64,000 bases of DNA from Marsupella aquatica (GCA_973895155.1 OZ316893.1:17949836-18013835), one strand, 5' to 3'; counted from the first letter of the stretch, positions 38,638 to 51,693 are shown. Notes: a model not told the origin generated them from the letters alone. Made by a program: numbers and translations.

Positions 38638-39977
38638 ACAAGCAACCAAACCCATTGGTAAGTAACCTGTCATGATCTTGGATCCCCAAACCATTGTCTT
38701 GCCTTAAGCTCAATAATTGTTAGTAAGGGCCTAGAGAGGCATGACTTTGTGGTAGCTGTCGTGGTGGGTAACTCAAGAGTAGCACACAAACCAAGCAAAA
38801 TATTTCTATTTTTACCAGGTCGTTCCCATGGAAGAACTTAGGGTGGGATCACAAGCAAAATACGGATAAAAATACTTCTTAGAACCAACAAAACCCCACC
38901 TCTATCTTACAAGAGGCTAGAGAGCTTTCTCCACTTTGACCAACAAACTACAATGACAAAACAACAAGACCTAGAACTTTCCACAAAGACTCCCTTGCAA
39001 GAGTGCAAGCTTTACTAATATGCTTCAAATAGGGCGACCAGGGAAAACCAGCAAACAACTCCCTATTAAAAGCTCACAACTAGACCCCAAGGCACTATAA
39101 GGAACCGCAAATATGATACCAAGGTATATTGCCCAAACCAGAGAAAACCTGAAATTGCAACACAACTTCTAGTTGATCTTACATTCCAACAACAAACTGA
39201 TAGCTCACTAAGAAAATTTTGCCAGGTACCACACAAGCTTCACTTGCTGTGATGCTATATATAACTCTTGCTCCCGATCAATTTTTGGAATGGAACTAGG
39301 GGCTAAGCCCATAGGTCCCGACTACAACACAATCTTCAAGCAACAACCTTGAATATTCCCTGATCAGATTGGTACTTATGGACACCTCCAAGCTTTGAGA
39401 ATTCAAAGTGTCATACCTTGGGGATACCTACTAACTCTAGCCCATGGAACATCAAGGTGAATAGCAAAACACACAAAAAAGTACATTAACCTCCAAGAAA
39501 TCAACCAAACTTAACACAAGGTAACATCCAGGTACTCATCCCGGCCTTCTAAAGCTCAATTCTCAACGTACCAACGACGAAATTGGGATCATGAATAGCA
39601 AGGAGAATGTCAATAAAAGGCAACTTTATGTCACATTATAAAGTTATGGTACAAGTGGGACTTCAGTCCATGACCATTCTACACACACTTCTCTACTACT
39701 ATCTAATGCTAGGGTTTTCTAGTCTTAGATTTCACTCCACATGGTAGAGTTTTCACTAAGCAACAAGGCATCTATCTCCTAACACAAGGAATTACAATAC
39801 TTAAATATTTTCAGCTACTCCAATCAAATTCTCACCATGGGTTGAGTATTCTTTTCTCTTACTAGCTCATAATCAATCTCCTATTTCCATTCAACTTTAG
39901 TCCACGTGCTTCAAATCATAGAATCAAATTCGCGAAGAAAAATTAGAAGTTGTAGACCTACCTCCACCGTTCGAATT

Positions 39978-40470
39978 CTCTCTCACCAACCAGACCTTGG
40001 TTGGTACTCATACTTTCCCAAAAGGTGCGCCTACTTCCCTTCTAACTCCACAAAAACAATCAGCCAATTTGGTGAAGCAAATGTGGCACTAAAAATATCT
40101 ATCATCGTTAATTTTCTCTAATTCATCATTTTGGGATTTTTAGTTTTAGCGACTTGCGACTTGAATTCCTAACTCCACTTTGATATGCCCTTCCATTCTA
40201 CTACTTTCTACATCATGTGTTTCACAATCACAACTATTCAACCACCATCTTTCCACCAATCAATTGATTGCAACAATATTCGTGTGCTTGATTGTGTGGA
40301 ATCAGATTTGCAACAAAAGATAGACAACTTCATACCCATCGTATTGTCTGATTTTTCTCTCACCAACCAGACTTTGGTTGGTTCTCATACTTTACCAAAA
40401 GGTGTGTCTACTTCCCTTCCATCTCCACAGAAAATATCAGTCAGTTTGGTTGAACAAATGTGATGCTAGA
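39978..40470. repeat. Two diverged ~110-bp direct repeats, 378 bp apart
   Basis: tctctcaccaaccagacYttggttggtWctcatacttt.ccaaaaggtg at 39978 and 40356. Confidence 0.75.
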
Positions 40471-41577
40471 ATTTGTTTGGTTTTGCTGAGTTTTCCTATT
40501 ACGAGTTTTCTGCAATTTTCACTTCGACAACTTGTGATGTTGACATTGTCACCTTCAATTTGACCTGGCTCTTCAATCATGCTCTTTGCAATCAGTGAAT
40601 TTCCCAACCACCATATCTCACCAATCAATGGTGGGTTGAGTCTTCATTCCTACCTCATTCCATGCCTCAATCAGACTGGTCACCGACAAAATAATTCTTT
40701 ATATTTTCTTTACTCCTTTGATTATCATCTGTCTGCCTCTTCTTTCCTTCTTTTTGAATACCCTCGATGTTGTTAGAGTATCCAACATAATAGAATACCT
40801 TGGGCAATTTTAGTTTACCCTAAGTGCCATTTTCTGACTAAATTCCGCAATAGAATTGTATAGGACTAGGTCTGTATAGGGCGGAGCGGATCGGTGCTTG
40901 TGTATATGATTACCCTTGTCCACATTAGAGTACCCTAGTTGATTTTAGAGTACCCTGCTTGACCTGCTTACTGGCCAATTTTAGAATACCTCGGTCATCT
41001 AGTTTCTGTTTATATTTGATTACCCCCATTGTAGACACGGTTTTGACTAAACTCCTAGCTTTGGCAATTTTTTAACTCCCTAAGTAACCTTAACTCCAAA
41101 AGTGCTGAAAGTTTTCCAGCTTCTTGTGCTACATATAATCTCTATTCTAGCAACTTGTCAGACTTTTTGGACTAATCTAAGTGAACTGATTAAATACCGG
41201 AAGATACCAATATAGTATAAATCGCAAAGAAAAACAAAAAACTAGTCTAAGTGTCAAAGAGGCAAAGTGTTAACACATGAGATAAGATTGACCCTAACTT
41301 CTGAATTACATGTTCGTTTTGTCTGAAATTTTTAGAGTAGATTTCTTAATCTAAAATTTATCTATTCCCAAAAAATTCATAATTTTTCATGATCTACAAA
41401 GATTTGATTAAAATGTCACCAAAGGGCAATTGTTACTCTACCTTAAATCTATCACTATTAACTTCTCACTCAATCTTCTAGGTTCAAATTTGACTAAGGC
41501 CTAAAGACTTCCTACACTAAAATTACACACAAAGTGGAGCTATATTTAACTAACAGTCCTCTGTGACACCTTTAAGG

Positions 41578-41699
41578 GAGCGCACAATAGCTCACTTGAG
41601 TAGAGACTGATAGGTCTTGGGCTCGACTATTGTGGCCGACTCTTCCCTTTATGTGGGGTTTCACAGGTTTCTCTTTAAAAAAAATGTAAATAAAAAAAT
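41578..41699 (+). mobile_element. Probable decayed tRNA-derived SINE
   Basis: A-box-like TAGCTCACTTGAGTAGAG and B-box-like GGGCTCGACT, followed by an A-rich tail. No full cloverleaf can be drawn. Confidence 0.4.
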
Positions 41700-44287
41700 G
41701 TTAGTAAGTAGGTCAGCGGACTGAACCTCCCGGACCCGTATGGCCTTGCCATAGCTGAAGCCAAGGCTGACAACCACTATTCATCCAGATAAACCTCTCT
41801 ATTGGGTGTCACCCAAGCTCCCCCACTTTCTACCTATCAATGGCTGATTGCCCTACCTCCAAGACATGTCCATGGCCCAAATATCTAGCTTGTCCCAAAG
41901 CTTGGCCCAAACGCTTTGTTCTGGGTGCTACTACATTTCCTGGCAGATAGAGAGTCCAGGACACAATTTGATGTTCATAGGGATCCCACACTTGGTCTCA
42001 TACAGAAGTTGCACTCACAGTAGAGATTGCGAAAGACTAGGGATTAGAGTGGTATCAGACTGTTGGGACTGAGGTTGACACCTGCAATGGAGCATGTTGC
42101 ATGGATTTGGGCAGGTGCATTGAGCTAGAAGCCAGATGCTTATACAAAGAATCATGACGGGCAACGACTGTATAAGGATGTTGGTATTGGGTGCTTGCTG
42201 CTGGTGATGGGGGGACTAGGACACCCGATCAAAGGGTCTAAAATCCCTAATCACCATGTATACCAACTACTAAGACCCAAGGGTTTGGATTTCACAAGAT
42301 GAAATTGGAATTGGAACAGCCACATGACCAAACTAGATTGGTGTCAACGATGGCGTGACTTGTGGTGCTCAGATTTATCTACTTGTGCTAAGACATTTCT
42401 GCGGCAAATAGGAGGATTATTCACCAGATCCAGTAGCCTCACCATTGGAGCGTGTGAAGGCTGTGCTCGCTTTGTCCAAAAGAGATGGAGAGTATCCTCC
42501 ACTTGTTTGTACAATGTGCGCATGCTAGTGCGTGCTGGTCTTTGTGTTGCACCTGTTTTGGGGGTGCTCTTTTTGTTCCTGGACAGGGATGCTGGAGAGG
42601 CTGACAATTTCAATGGGTTGGGTACACTAGCAGACTATGCGGATTTTTGTGTTGTATCAGGTTTTATGGATGCTATGGCTTGGGAGAAATGAACAGATGT
42701 TCAAGGTGGATGGTCGACAATGCTTTGATGTTAGGATGATGCTTTTGGAAGCTGCTGATCACCTACAAGGGGTTTGCCTCCACTTCCCACACCTGGGCAG
42801 AAGCACTCTTGGTTATTAAGGGTCAAGGAAGAGGTGGAGATAGAAAGAAGATCCTGGCTAAGGAGCAGCAACGGGCGTATTGTATTGGGCTGATATCTTT
42901 TGAGGTTCTGGGGGGCTGAGGGGTTGCTTTGGCCGGGCCAAACCCCTTGTTGATTGTTACTATGGGCTCAGGTACATGCTTTATGCTTGGCGCCAAGATT
43001 GGCTGGACATGGGATGGTACTATTAGATAATGCTTTCATTAGACTTGGGCTTAGATAGGCTAGGCCTTCCCCCCATGTGGCGGGTTTTGGGGGGATTTTC
43101 TAGTGGGGATGTTATAGGTTGTAGGCCTTTTTTATTCTGGTTGGTCTTGGGATTGGCTAGGGTGGTGGACTGCCTACATGTTGTGGTTCCTTTGTGGTTT
43201 GGCATTGTGAGTTCCCCCCTATTGCGGGGTTTTTGCGGCTTAAACAAACAAAAAATTAATAAAAATAAATTCCAAGGCAGCTTGTCCCAAACGTTGGGAC
43301 TCTAGAAACCACCTCCATGGCTCCAAATCAACTGAGAGTCTAGGGGGAAAATGCATTTGGAACTCAACACCCATACCTACTCTGCATTGCCTCCCCAATG
43401 CAAGCTCCCGTGAGAAATAGAACGCGGTTTGGCTGTTGTTTCTACAGGATTTGGCAAAAGAGCAAGATAGCCCTCATAAACCATGAGGACCATAGGCACC
43501 CCCATACCTAGTTGAGCTCAAAAGGATCATTTCCTCCTTGAGAGCTTTCCAAAACATCGAAGAATTCCTCCAGCGGACTTCTTGTTGAGAAGTTATCGTC
43601 GTTTTTGTTTGGCATTTCCTCTTAGTAGTCCAACCATTGCGCTTCACAACTTGGGCTTGCCCTTGCCCCCAAGGAGACATCACTCCCCTCATATATGCTT
43701 CTAGAGACCTGACACCCTCAAACCAACTTTGTTTTCCTATATTTAGCCCTAAACTTGGACTCCAACCCGATCGCCACTAACTGGCTATGCCCATAATTTC
43801 CTAATTAGACGTCCGTAGGTGAAGTGCCTTATCCCGTTGTGAATGGTCCAATGCAATGCTCATGGCCAGGCCATGCCATAGCCCTCAAAACTCATCATCA
43901 GACAGGGATCCCGAATGTACCAAGCCAAGCCATATCTTATGCGCCAAGCGTTTGTTGTGCATGAAGCAAACTGCTCTGGCCTTGGGCCCAAAAGGAGATC
44001 TCACTTAATAGGCCCTCATAAATCAAAGTCTATCTGGGGGTCCAGGCGGCCCAACCTGATCTCGGCCCTTCCCATGACCCAACCAGTTCCCAATATCAGT
44101 CTAAGTCCTTCGTGTACTCCACCAACTCAGTGCCTTGCCTTTGCTAGTGCAACTCTTCATTGCCCACAAGTATCCTTGTACCTAGTCCCCACCAGATGGT
44201 TGTTCCGGAGGCTTGGACCATACAAAAGCTTGGCGTTGGAGTCAGCAACGCCAAAGCAAAGTGGTAGGGTAGTCAAGTTCCATAACT
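41700..44287 (-). mobile_element. Second, diverged copy of the element E family, interrupted by a LINE fragment
   Basis: The minus strand starts AGTTATGGAACTTGACTACCC at 44287. Segments 43280-44287 and 41700-41910 match the reverse complement of about 25939-27160. Confidence 0.75.
41915..43270 (+). mobile_element. 5'-truncated LINE (L1-like) 3' end
   Basis: zf-RVT-like WRDLWCSDL...LCSLCPKEMESILHLFVQCAHA at about 42350-42525, a LWMLWLGRNEQMF motif, a GT-rich 3' UTR and an A-rich tail at 43241-43270. Confidence 0.75.
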
Positions 44288-45614
44288 CTCCTTGGCTTCC
44301 TCTTTGTATTAGCATTAGTTCCCAAGGGTGATCCACTCAATTCATGAATTGACCAACGGACCAAGCTAGCTTCAAAAAGCCCAACCCATCTTCAATTCCA
44401 ATCCACTCCATGAGTCAAGGCTCTTGCAAGAGTCAATCAAAACTGAATGGACTTCACTTCTCAGACAACCCAGCACATGGCATAAAGAAATGGATGAAGC
44501 CCTACCATAGCATATTCAAGCGTTACTCAGCAGAATTATAGCAACCCGCACCACCGTCTAAGCTGCACACTATAAATGATTGATGCTTGGTATGGCCTGA
44601 GTCATTCCCTCATTCTACCACGAGGCATGCTTAGTATCATGCATTATTGGTCTCAACTCATGAAAACAGCCAAATAAGTAATTACAGACACCAGGTCCTG
44701 TAAAACAAGGTTTGATTGATTTCTCTGCACCTAGGTCGGCAAAAGAAAAATGTTTGCAACCGGGTGTGTCACGTCGTCAGCCTAGGCCTTAACCCGGGCT
44801 TCGGCTTAGACATGCACATCCTTCACCAAAATGAGGGTTTGGGCAGGGAGGGAGGCACGGAATGCACCTAACTCACGTAAACTAGCGCTAAGTGCGTCTA
44901 TTGTCATATACAGACACCTCCTAGGTATGGTTTGTGTTCCACCACCGGAATGTACCTCAGTCGATAGCAGGATCGACCCCGGCTTACGGGCTTCTAAGCC
45001 TTCATGTTTGTCCGCCTTTGATCCGAATTTGATGATACGGGTACTCAACCCGGGCTCGCAACCACTTACCCGCAAGCTGCACCCCGTGCACAACTTGGGT
45101 AGTGCATTTGGCCAAGCGTTGGCACCTATACACGAGATTCACACATATACATATGCACAAGCATACAATCTCGATTTACACGAAGGAAATAATGGGAAAG
45201 GATTTTACTACATAGGAGACATATGCGTACACTTAGTTGACCCGAAAGCTCTTGAATGAACAGGTCCAAGGCCGAGGGTGTACACTACAACGGAGCCCAG
45301 CTCTGCACTCACCCAACGAGCTTAGTCCTACGCCCTCCCCTTGGTACTCTTTCACTCCCAGAGGTCGGGATTCCCCACACATACCGCGGATGTCCAACAC
45401 TGAGACTAAAAAACCCCCCTGCCTTCTACCGAGGGGTGTAATAAATACTAAGAGCCAAGGACCGGAGTGGTCTTGTGCTCAAAACTGGCTGTCAGGCCGG
45501 AAAATGGCTTGTCTTATTAGAAGATCCTAATCTACGCAGGCTGGACAGCATGGCAGTGTTGCTTTAACTAGGTCAGGTGCTTGTCCCTATAGCCTGGTTT
45601 AGCTATTCCTAACT

Positions 45615-46774
45615 CTATTTTAATCCTACTTCGCCGCTAATGCCTGGCACGCTTGCCAGAGCCGCCTGAGTGGGAGCGGCTATCCCGCTGCCTTCTAAGT
45701 CTGTCGGCGTCCTGCTTGAGTAGCTGGACCTGGTCTAGCAGAGATTTGCTCTCCCGCTTTGCTGCGTCCGCCTCTTTCGCGGCCTCTTGGCATGCCTCCT
45801 CCAGTTGTTGGTGTCGCTCGTAAGCTTATCCACCAACTAGGCCTGTTTTGTGGCTTCTCCTTGAAGCCGCACCACCTCTGTCTTCAGGGTGTCAATCTTG
45901 GTTGTGTCCCGCTGAGACCTAGAGTCAGCTTCCTCCAGATCCTTTTGCCAATTGATGGCTTGTCCCTTCAAACCGTCAATCTTGGTCCGGAGCCGTGCAA
46001 TCTCAACGTTCTTTCCGAGCCCGGCCTGTTCTGCTAAAGCTGCTCGGGCCCTAGCCTCGGAAACCTGGTCCTTTGTGGCCGTTACCTAAGGCCACAGTTG
46101 CTGGAGTTCAGCCTCCAAGGTTGTCACTTCGTCCTTCAAGTAGGCAGACTCAACCCGGTATCGCTCTATTCTCTGCGCTATCTCTGCCTGCGCATGTCCT
46201 GCCCTTACAACCGCAACCAACTCCTGGTTGAAGAAGTAGGCCACCCTCCGGGCCATGTATTCCCCGGTGTCCCGAGAGATCTGTTGAGAGAAATCTCCCA
46301 ACAACCCGTTTAGAAATGTGCCCGGCGCAAAGAGTTCCAGATGGTCTAGACTGTGTCCATCTGGATTCGGGCATGGGCAGACTCCAACCCGTGCGGGTGC
46401 AGGAGTGTACACATCCAGCCCTTGAGGTAAGTTGGTCGAAGGGGCTGGTTCCACTGGAGGTGGGCGGTTCTCCTGCACAACCACGAGGGGTGGCGGAATC
46501 TCCTCGGCTACCGTGGCATCTGTTTCGGGTATGGCTTCATCCGGCCCAGCTTTGATTGCATTGTCCCGATTGATCGCGTCTAAGGTCGTGACAACGTCTA
46601 TGGGTATGCTTGGCGGGGTGGCAGCGGCGGGTTGCGGGGCCGGGGAAGCAGGGCTTGCAGCTGCCAGACTTTGGGCCTCGGGCTACATTCGCCTCACCTG
46701 GGCTGGGAACACCCATTTTGACGGGGTCAGTTTGGGCTTGTTGATACGCGGGAGGCTACGGCGGTCGAGACAAG
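45615..46774 (-). pseudogene. 3' half of the element F accessory ORF (Pro-rich linker plus coiled coil)
   Basis: Continuation including ORF 46086-46484 and coiled-coil sequence (AEIAQRIERYRVESAYLKDEVTTLEAELQQL), with scattered stops. Confidence 0.7.
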
Positions 46775-48166
46775 TGTCGTATAGTGCTAAGTATCAAAAG
46801 TGACTCTTCTCACCTAAAACCAGGGTTTCGATCCCTTTAAGAACAGATTTCAGAATGAATTGTATAACTTTTATCACTCCGAGTGATTTAGAGTCTTGAG
46901 CTCTATGTTGACTTCACTTCTCAATAAAAAAAAATCGAATAAACAAACAACAAAGTAACTGAACTTCTGATTTATGAATTAGAGAAGAAATGAGTAAGGA
47001 TTTAGAGACTACAAGCTGCTACTGCCACTCCTTCAGAAAGGATTTGGGCTCAGTATAGACATGAAATCTATCTCATAATTCATCCATCTCACTCTTCAAA
47101 ACACAAAGGTTAATGATAATGGAATTCTCAATCTGATGAAGCAGAAGCTTTCTGATTGCAAATGAATGATATGATTTAAAATGCCGTCAACATGGTTTGA
47201 CATCAGCGATACACAATTCAGTCAAACTCTAAACCATATTCCAGAATCAAAGCAACAGTACTAACTACTCTGAGAATCAGAATTTACTTCTCATTTATCA
47301 TTAACTATTCTTGAATTGGCTAGCGAATCCCGACTCTGCAAGCAAGCCTAGCAGTGAATTCAATACGAGTTTCAGAAATCTGCAACTGAATTCAATCACC
47401 ACAGGAATCTCTTGAATTCAATCTTAACTTCAATCAATATAGCTTTACTTCCATACAAAACACTCACAGCATGCCTTGTTACAATGGAAGGAGGAGAAAA
47501 CTATTCAGAAGACTCAATTCTGAATACAGTATTAACTCTATTTCTCTCTACTTCAAATGAGCATTCTACTCTGTCTTATAAGTGTTGGAATCCTAAAATG
47601 GAGGAGGTAAGAACAGTCGTGCCTTTCCAAGCTTAAAACTAAACAAGGGAGAAGCACAGCATAAGTACTTCAACAAGGGTGGTAGAATACTACTTTACTA
47701 GTAATCTACTTCAAAAACTAAGTGTTGAGCGGACGCTGCTAGAAGCGTCGGGAGAATCTGGACGCTGCTAGAAGCGTCTTAAGTAAAACCAACGGACGCT
47801 GCTCACACTGCTCACAGCGTCAATACTAGGGTGGACGCTGCTCACAGCGTCGTGTGTTGAAGCTGACGCTTTCCACAGCGTCGGTCGAAATCCTCATAGA
47901 GTCTTGGTGGCGGTCGGGCGCTGCCAAAAGCGTCATGAGGAGGTTGGACGCTTCCGCAGCGTCTTGAGTAAAAGAAACGGGCGCTGGTCACAGCGTCGGG
48001 CAAAGTACACTAGGAATCGTCAGGAAAGCCGGAGATGTCAAATATTTCTATAAGTGTCCAGAACAAGTAAATGTTGGCCGGAAGGTGTCTAAAGTGTAAG
48101 TAAATCTTGTGATATGCTAAAAATAAACAAGTTTCCAGAAAAAATTGCAGGGACACCCATACCACA
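46775..48166 (-). repeat. 3' LTR
   Basis: TGTCGTATAG...ATACCACA is a direct repeat of 58939-60330. I saw one mismatch by eye (47585 T vs 59749 C). Confidence 0.97.
47731..47998. repeat. Array of about 8 spaced palindromes GACGCT-N5/6-AGCGTC in LTR U3 (also at 59895-60162)
   Basis: Examples: ggacgctgctagaagcgtc twice, ggacgctgctcacagcgtc, tgacgctttccacagcgtc, ggacgcttccgcagcgtc. Confidence 0.9.
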
Positions 48167-48184
48167 TAGCCCTCCACTTAAATT
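48167..48184 (-). promoter_or_regulatory. Terminal polypurine tract
   Basis: The minus strand reads ATTTAAGTGGAGGGCTA directly before the 3' LTR TG. Confidence 0.85.
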
Positions 48185-48243
48185 TCGCCGTGTCCCCACA
48201 AGACATGACCGAATTGAATCAGAAGCGAGTGACATGTTCTTCA

Positions 48244-48720
48244 TTAATAATATTTTGGCTTAATAATCCAAGTAGTGCTCAAAATCATTGACGGGAGTTG
48301 GGAGATATCCGAATCCAGAATATAAAAATCGAGGTCATGGAATTCTTCTCCGATCTGTATTGGGACTCCTTTAACTCTTCCCCAAAGATTAATGATTCGT
48401 CCATCGATTGATATCTGAGCAGATATCGGTTGTACTTCTTGATGAACAAATTGCTGGCACAGTCTGTGGGAGAGGAAATTAATTCGAGAGCCTGGATCAA
48501 TAACAAAGTGTTGAATAGCATGTCCTCCCAGTTTGATCTTGCCTTCAAAGGAATGTTGGAAAGCACGGGGTAAAGAATTCCAACAATCCATAGTAGCTTT
48601 GATGTCCCACATGAGCAGATAAATATCAATTCGAAGGAGAAAGAAGGAAACAATTGCAGGATGCTGCAAAAGTAACGGCTTATATACATATAAATGACAA
48701 CACCGTTTGATATCTCTCAT
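48244..48720 (-). CDS. Second retropepsin-like (aspartic protease fold) ORF
   Basis: FVIDPGSRINFLS...IINLWGRVKGVPIQIG...LDFYILD...SMILSTTWI parallels the element's own protease VPVDGGASVNLIT...VPIGKLTKVETLIAG...LDYVVIN...VLLGRPWL. Confidence 0.7.
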   Translation of the reverse strand: MRDIKRCCHLYVYKPLLLQHPAIVSFFLLRIDIYLLMWDIKATMDCWNSLPRAFQHSFEGKIKLGGHAIQHFVIDPGSRINFLSHRLCQQFVHQEVQPISAQISIDGRIINLWGRVKGVPIQIGEEFHDLDFYILDSDISQLPSMILSTTWIIKPKYY

Positions 48721-48732
48721 AAATGGTGTCCT

Positions 48733-51306
48733 TCAAATCTGTGTCCTAGATAAAACACCTTGAATAATCACATCCGGATAAGAAGGAATAATAGGTAGGA
48801 ACGCTAAACACCTAAGCGACTTGAACCCTTGGGAAGCCGGTAGCATACATTGTTTTGTAATCAACTGCTCCCTTAGCTTAACAAGCTTCTTCTCATATTT
48901 AATTGGAATAGCAAACCCACCAGGACAAACCCAAACATAGTATGGATAGGGCCATGGAATTTCCGGCACAAGGGGCGGAAATGGAGCTTGAGCTCGTCGA
49001 AGCATATACACCCAACACCAAATTTTGAACTCCGAAAACTTATGTCGTCTGTCCTTATCAATGGGAGGAACCGCCTTCCCAGGTTCATATGTGCGAATCA
49101 AACTACGAATCCTCGGATGGGATGTCATTGGCAAAATCTGCTGCTGCTGCAAAATGCTCTCCATCTCCAGATGTCGAAAAGCTACTCGAAAATGTTTCTT
49201 CTCCCACCTGTGAATTGAAGCCAAATTAGGGATAGGATTTCGGGGTGGCAAATCCACTGTATGCCGAAGTCGAGGAGGTACTCTGATAATGCGAGGGTCT
49301 TCGTCTTCTTCTCCATCACTTGGTGCTCCTATCCAACGGAAAATTACATCTGGCATAGCGGAAGGAATCACTGACTCCTTAACTGGTCGAATTGGCAATG
49401 TAACAGGAGACGAAGGAGCAGAAGGTTCGGGCTCCAGTGGTTCAAATTCTTCTCTTGCAACAGTAGCTGGTTGATCTGCAGTGGGATGCATTGGTACTAA
49501 AACAGGAAGTTCTTCTTTAAAATTATCGCTAGGTAAAGAGACTTCCTGGTTAGTTCGATCTGCCAAAAGTACAGGAAGGGGTAGCTCGTCTGTTCCGATA
49601 GGTGCTTCTCCCTGTTCAAAATCCTGGGAAGATGCTTCAGGAAAGATCTGTCGACTGATAGCATGGCGCAACCGTTTCCAAGATTTTCGAGTATACGTCA
49701 CTGAAAACTCCTCCCGAATGTTTTTATCCTCGTTTGTAGCCAATGAAACTGGTGCTGAGCTGGTTGTCGAAGCGGGTGTCTCGGGTACCAATATGGGTAC
49801 AGATATACCCATATTACCAGATACCTGATTGCGACTCGGAAAACCAGCAGAGCCTCCTTCAATCAACTCATCTTCAGGAGAAACCCATTTTACAGGCGGA
49901 AATGAAGGAGCTCCTATCGCGGCTATTGCCTCATCTAATTCCTTAGTTATATCCAAAGGAATCGATATGAGTGAACCAGGTGTAGACCAGGCAGGGTATC
50001 TTGCGACAGATTGGGGAGAAGTCACTGGTTCACCTACTTCGTCTATATCCACAATTGCATCCTCCGAATCAACTTTAACCAGCTTCACAATTTCTGAGCT
50101 TAATATTTCTGACTCCTGGACCAGAGGGATTTCACCTATATTTGGGCTAGAACTAAGAGAGTCGGACGAATCATACTCCTGTAAAGCCTGCAAAGCATCA
50201 CTATTTGCCTCTATGGGAACCAAAACAGGGGTAGAAGTAAATCCATCATACTCGTCCTCAGCAGTAGAATGTTGAAGAGGTTCCCCTGAAAAACCTTCTT
50301 CATCCACCCTCACCTCATCTTCAACATTCATCCGAGAAGCAGAATTATCCTGATCAACATCATAAATAGGCTCGGCAGCACAAGGTGAACACGAGAGTCG
50401 AGGTGACATAGAATGCTCCAACCCTGTTGGCATTGCTGAAGGAACATCTTCGGCAACTTGAGCCTCTCTTGGTTGGTGAAGAATCAGATCGTCACTCCCT
50501 TCAGCTGATGCTCTTGTCTCTTTCAATTTCCGAACTTCACCCACCAGTTCAGGTTCCTCACAGTCGAGTATTGCACATAGCTCTACCACTGTGGAATTGG
50601 CTCGGACTTCTCGTACTTCAGGCATATAATTTGCTTCACCGGTAGATGCTCTCTGATTGTTGCGATACAAATCTTTTTCCAAGACAAGCAGACAGTCATA
50701 CTTATGGTAAATGTGAGCTAAATAAGGGGCCAAGTAGGTACACCTTATTTTCCCCATTTTCAGCCTGCTACGAAAATTTTTGACCTGAGTATGAATTACT
50801 CGGTGCAAAACCTTCGTCCAATTGATAGACTGCGTCTGTTCTAATGAACAGATCACCGTTGCAGCGAACGAAAGAGTGATGCGCGTCTGGCTTTCTGGGT
50901 AGAAAATTGGTGCCAGAAATCGAAATAGACGCTGCAGAGAATTATCTAAGCAGTCCGCCGCTAGCCATCCATTCCGCCTCTTGAAAGATCCTGGAGCGAA
51001 GAAGGATTCTACATAAACCCGAGGCTCACAATCAACCCTCTGTAAATCCTCGCCCTCCATCGGCGTCGAATAGACCTTCGCTATGAGCGCTTCAGTCCAA
51101 ACACTGGGACGCGAGCGCACACCAATCCTTTCTTCAGCGTCCCAGACACCTTGATCGATAAGGCTGAATTCGCAAATCTTCCAAGGAAGTTGAAGCAGCT
51201 TCTTCAAGCCCATTTTTGCCAGAGCCGTCTTCAACTGCCGCCTATGCACTGCATTCGATGGAATGTCTGCGAGTATTGGTCACGTCGTCAGCTCAGTCTC
51301 CGCCAT
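48733..51306 (-). CDS. Env-position accessory ORF (838-aa open frame; likely start ATG 51306 with an in-frame TGA at 51280-51282)
   Basis: It lies between the two PPTs. The N-terminal ~200 aa are homologous to the element A/B ORFs, followed by a long acidic/Pro-rich linker and an aromatic C-terminal domain. Confidence 0.8.
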
Positions 51307-51655
51307 CGCGTGACTTGTTAGCTCCGTAAGCTCAGTGAGAATCGTGTTCCATAGTGAACTAGGGCGAAGCGCGACTGCTTACTCCTCAGCGTCCCGTTGA
51401 GCTGTCGCAATCCGCCATTGTACAAGACGCCTAGTCATCGGCTCACAGCGTCTCATGCAACTGAACTAATACAAAAGCGGACCTCTGCACAACGTCCTTT
51501 GTAAACTAAGTGGACGCTTCCCCAGCGTCGAGTTACAATGGACGCTTTTCACAGCGTCCAATGTAAAAACTGAAAGTAACTAAAAAAAATAAAAAATAAA
51601 AATATGCCGAATACTTACTAGGGAGGGTCACTAATTCTAACTAAGTATAACTACC

Positions 51656-51670
51656 GCCCTCCACTTAAAT
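51656..51670 (-). promoter_or_regulatory. Internal second polypurine tract just after pol
   Basis: ATTTAAGTGGAGGGC is identical to the core of the terminal PPT. Dual PPTs flanking the env-like ORF are known in Athila elements. Confidence 0.85.
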
Positions 51671-51693
51671 TGCAACCTGTCCCAGGTGGAATT

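Larger units (their letters stand above)
37000..38700 (-). pseudogene. Degenerate Ty3/gypsy RNase H-integrase remnant
   Basis: RWHMVLVDFDFEVRHIPGKTNIATNILLR, YIPESQRLEVLQKYHN...YWVDMKQSILCQVQSCYSCQK, and an H-ETDGQTE-like motif near 37340. Confidence 0.7.

Noticed and set aside
41578-41660. tRNA gene
   Set aside because: Only A/B-box-like remnants are present, with no acceptor or anticodon stems and an A-rich tail; a SINE relic fits better.
47412-47636. Identical 74-aa ORFs at 47412 and 59576 as duplicated genes
   Set aside because: They are a by-product of LTR duplication, antisense to the element, with a TTG start and no motif.
47731-47998. CRISPR-like array (palindromic repeats with variable spacers)
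   Set aside because: The repeats are short and degenerate, the spacers are irregular (about 10-30 nt), there are no cas genes, and the array lies inside a eukaryotic LTR.
48733-51249. True envelope glycoprotein
   Set aside because: The position is env-like, but I see no signal peptide or clear transmembrane anchor, so it is called an accessory ORF only.
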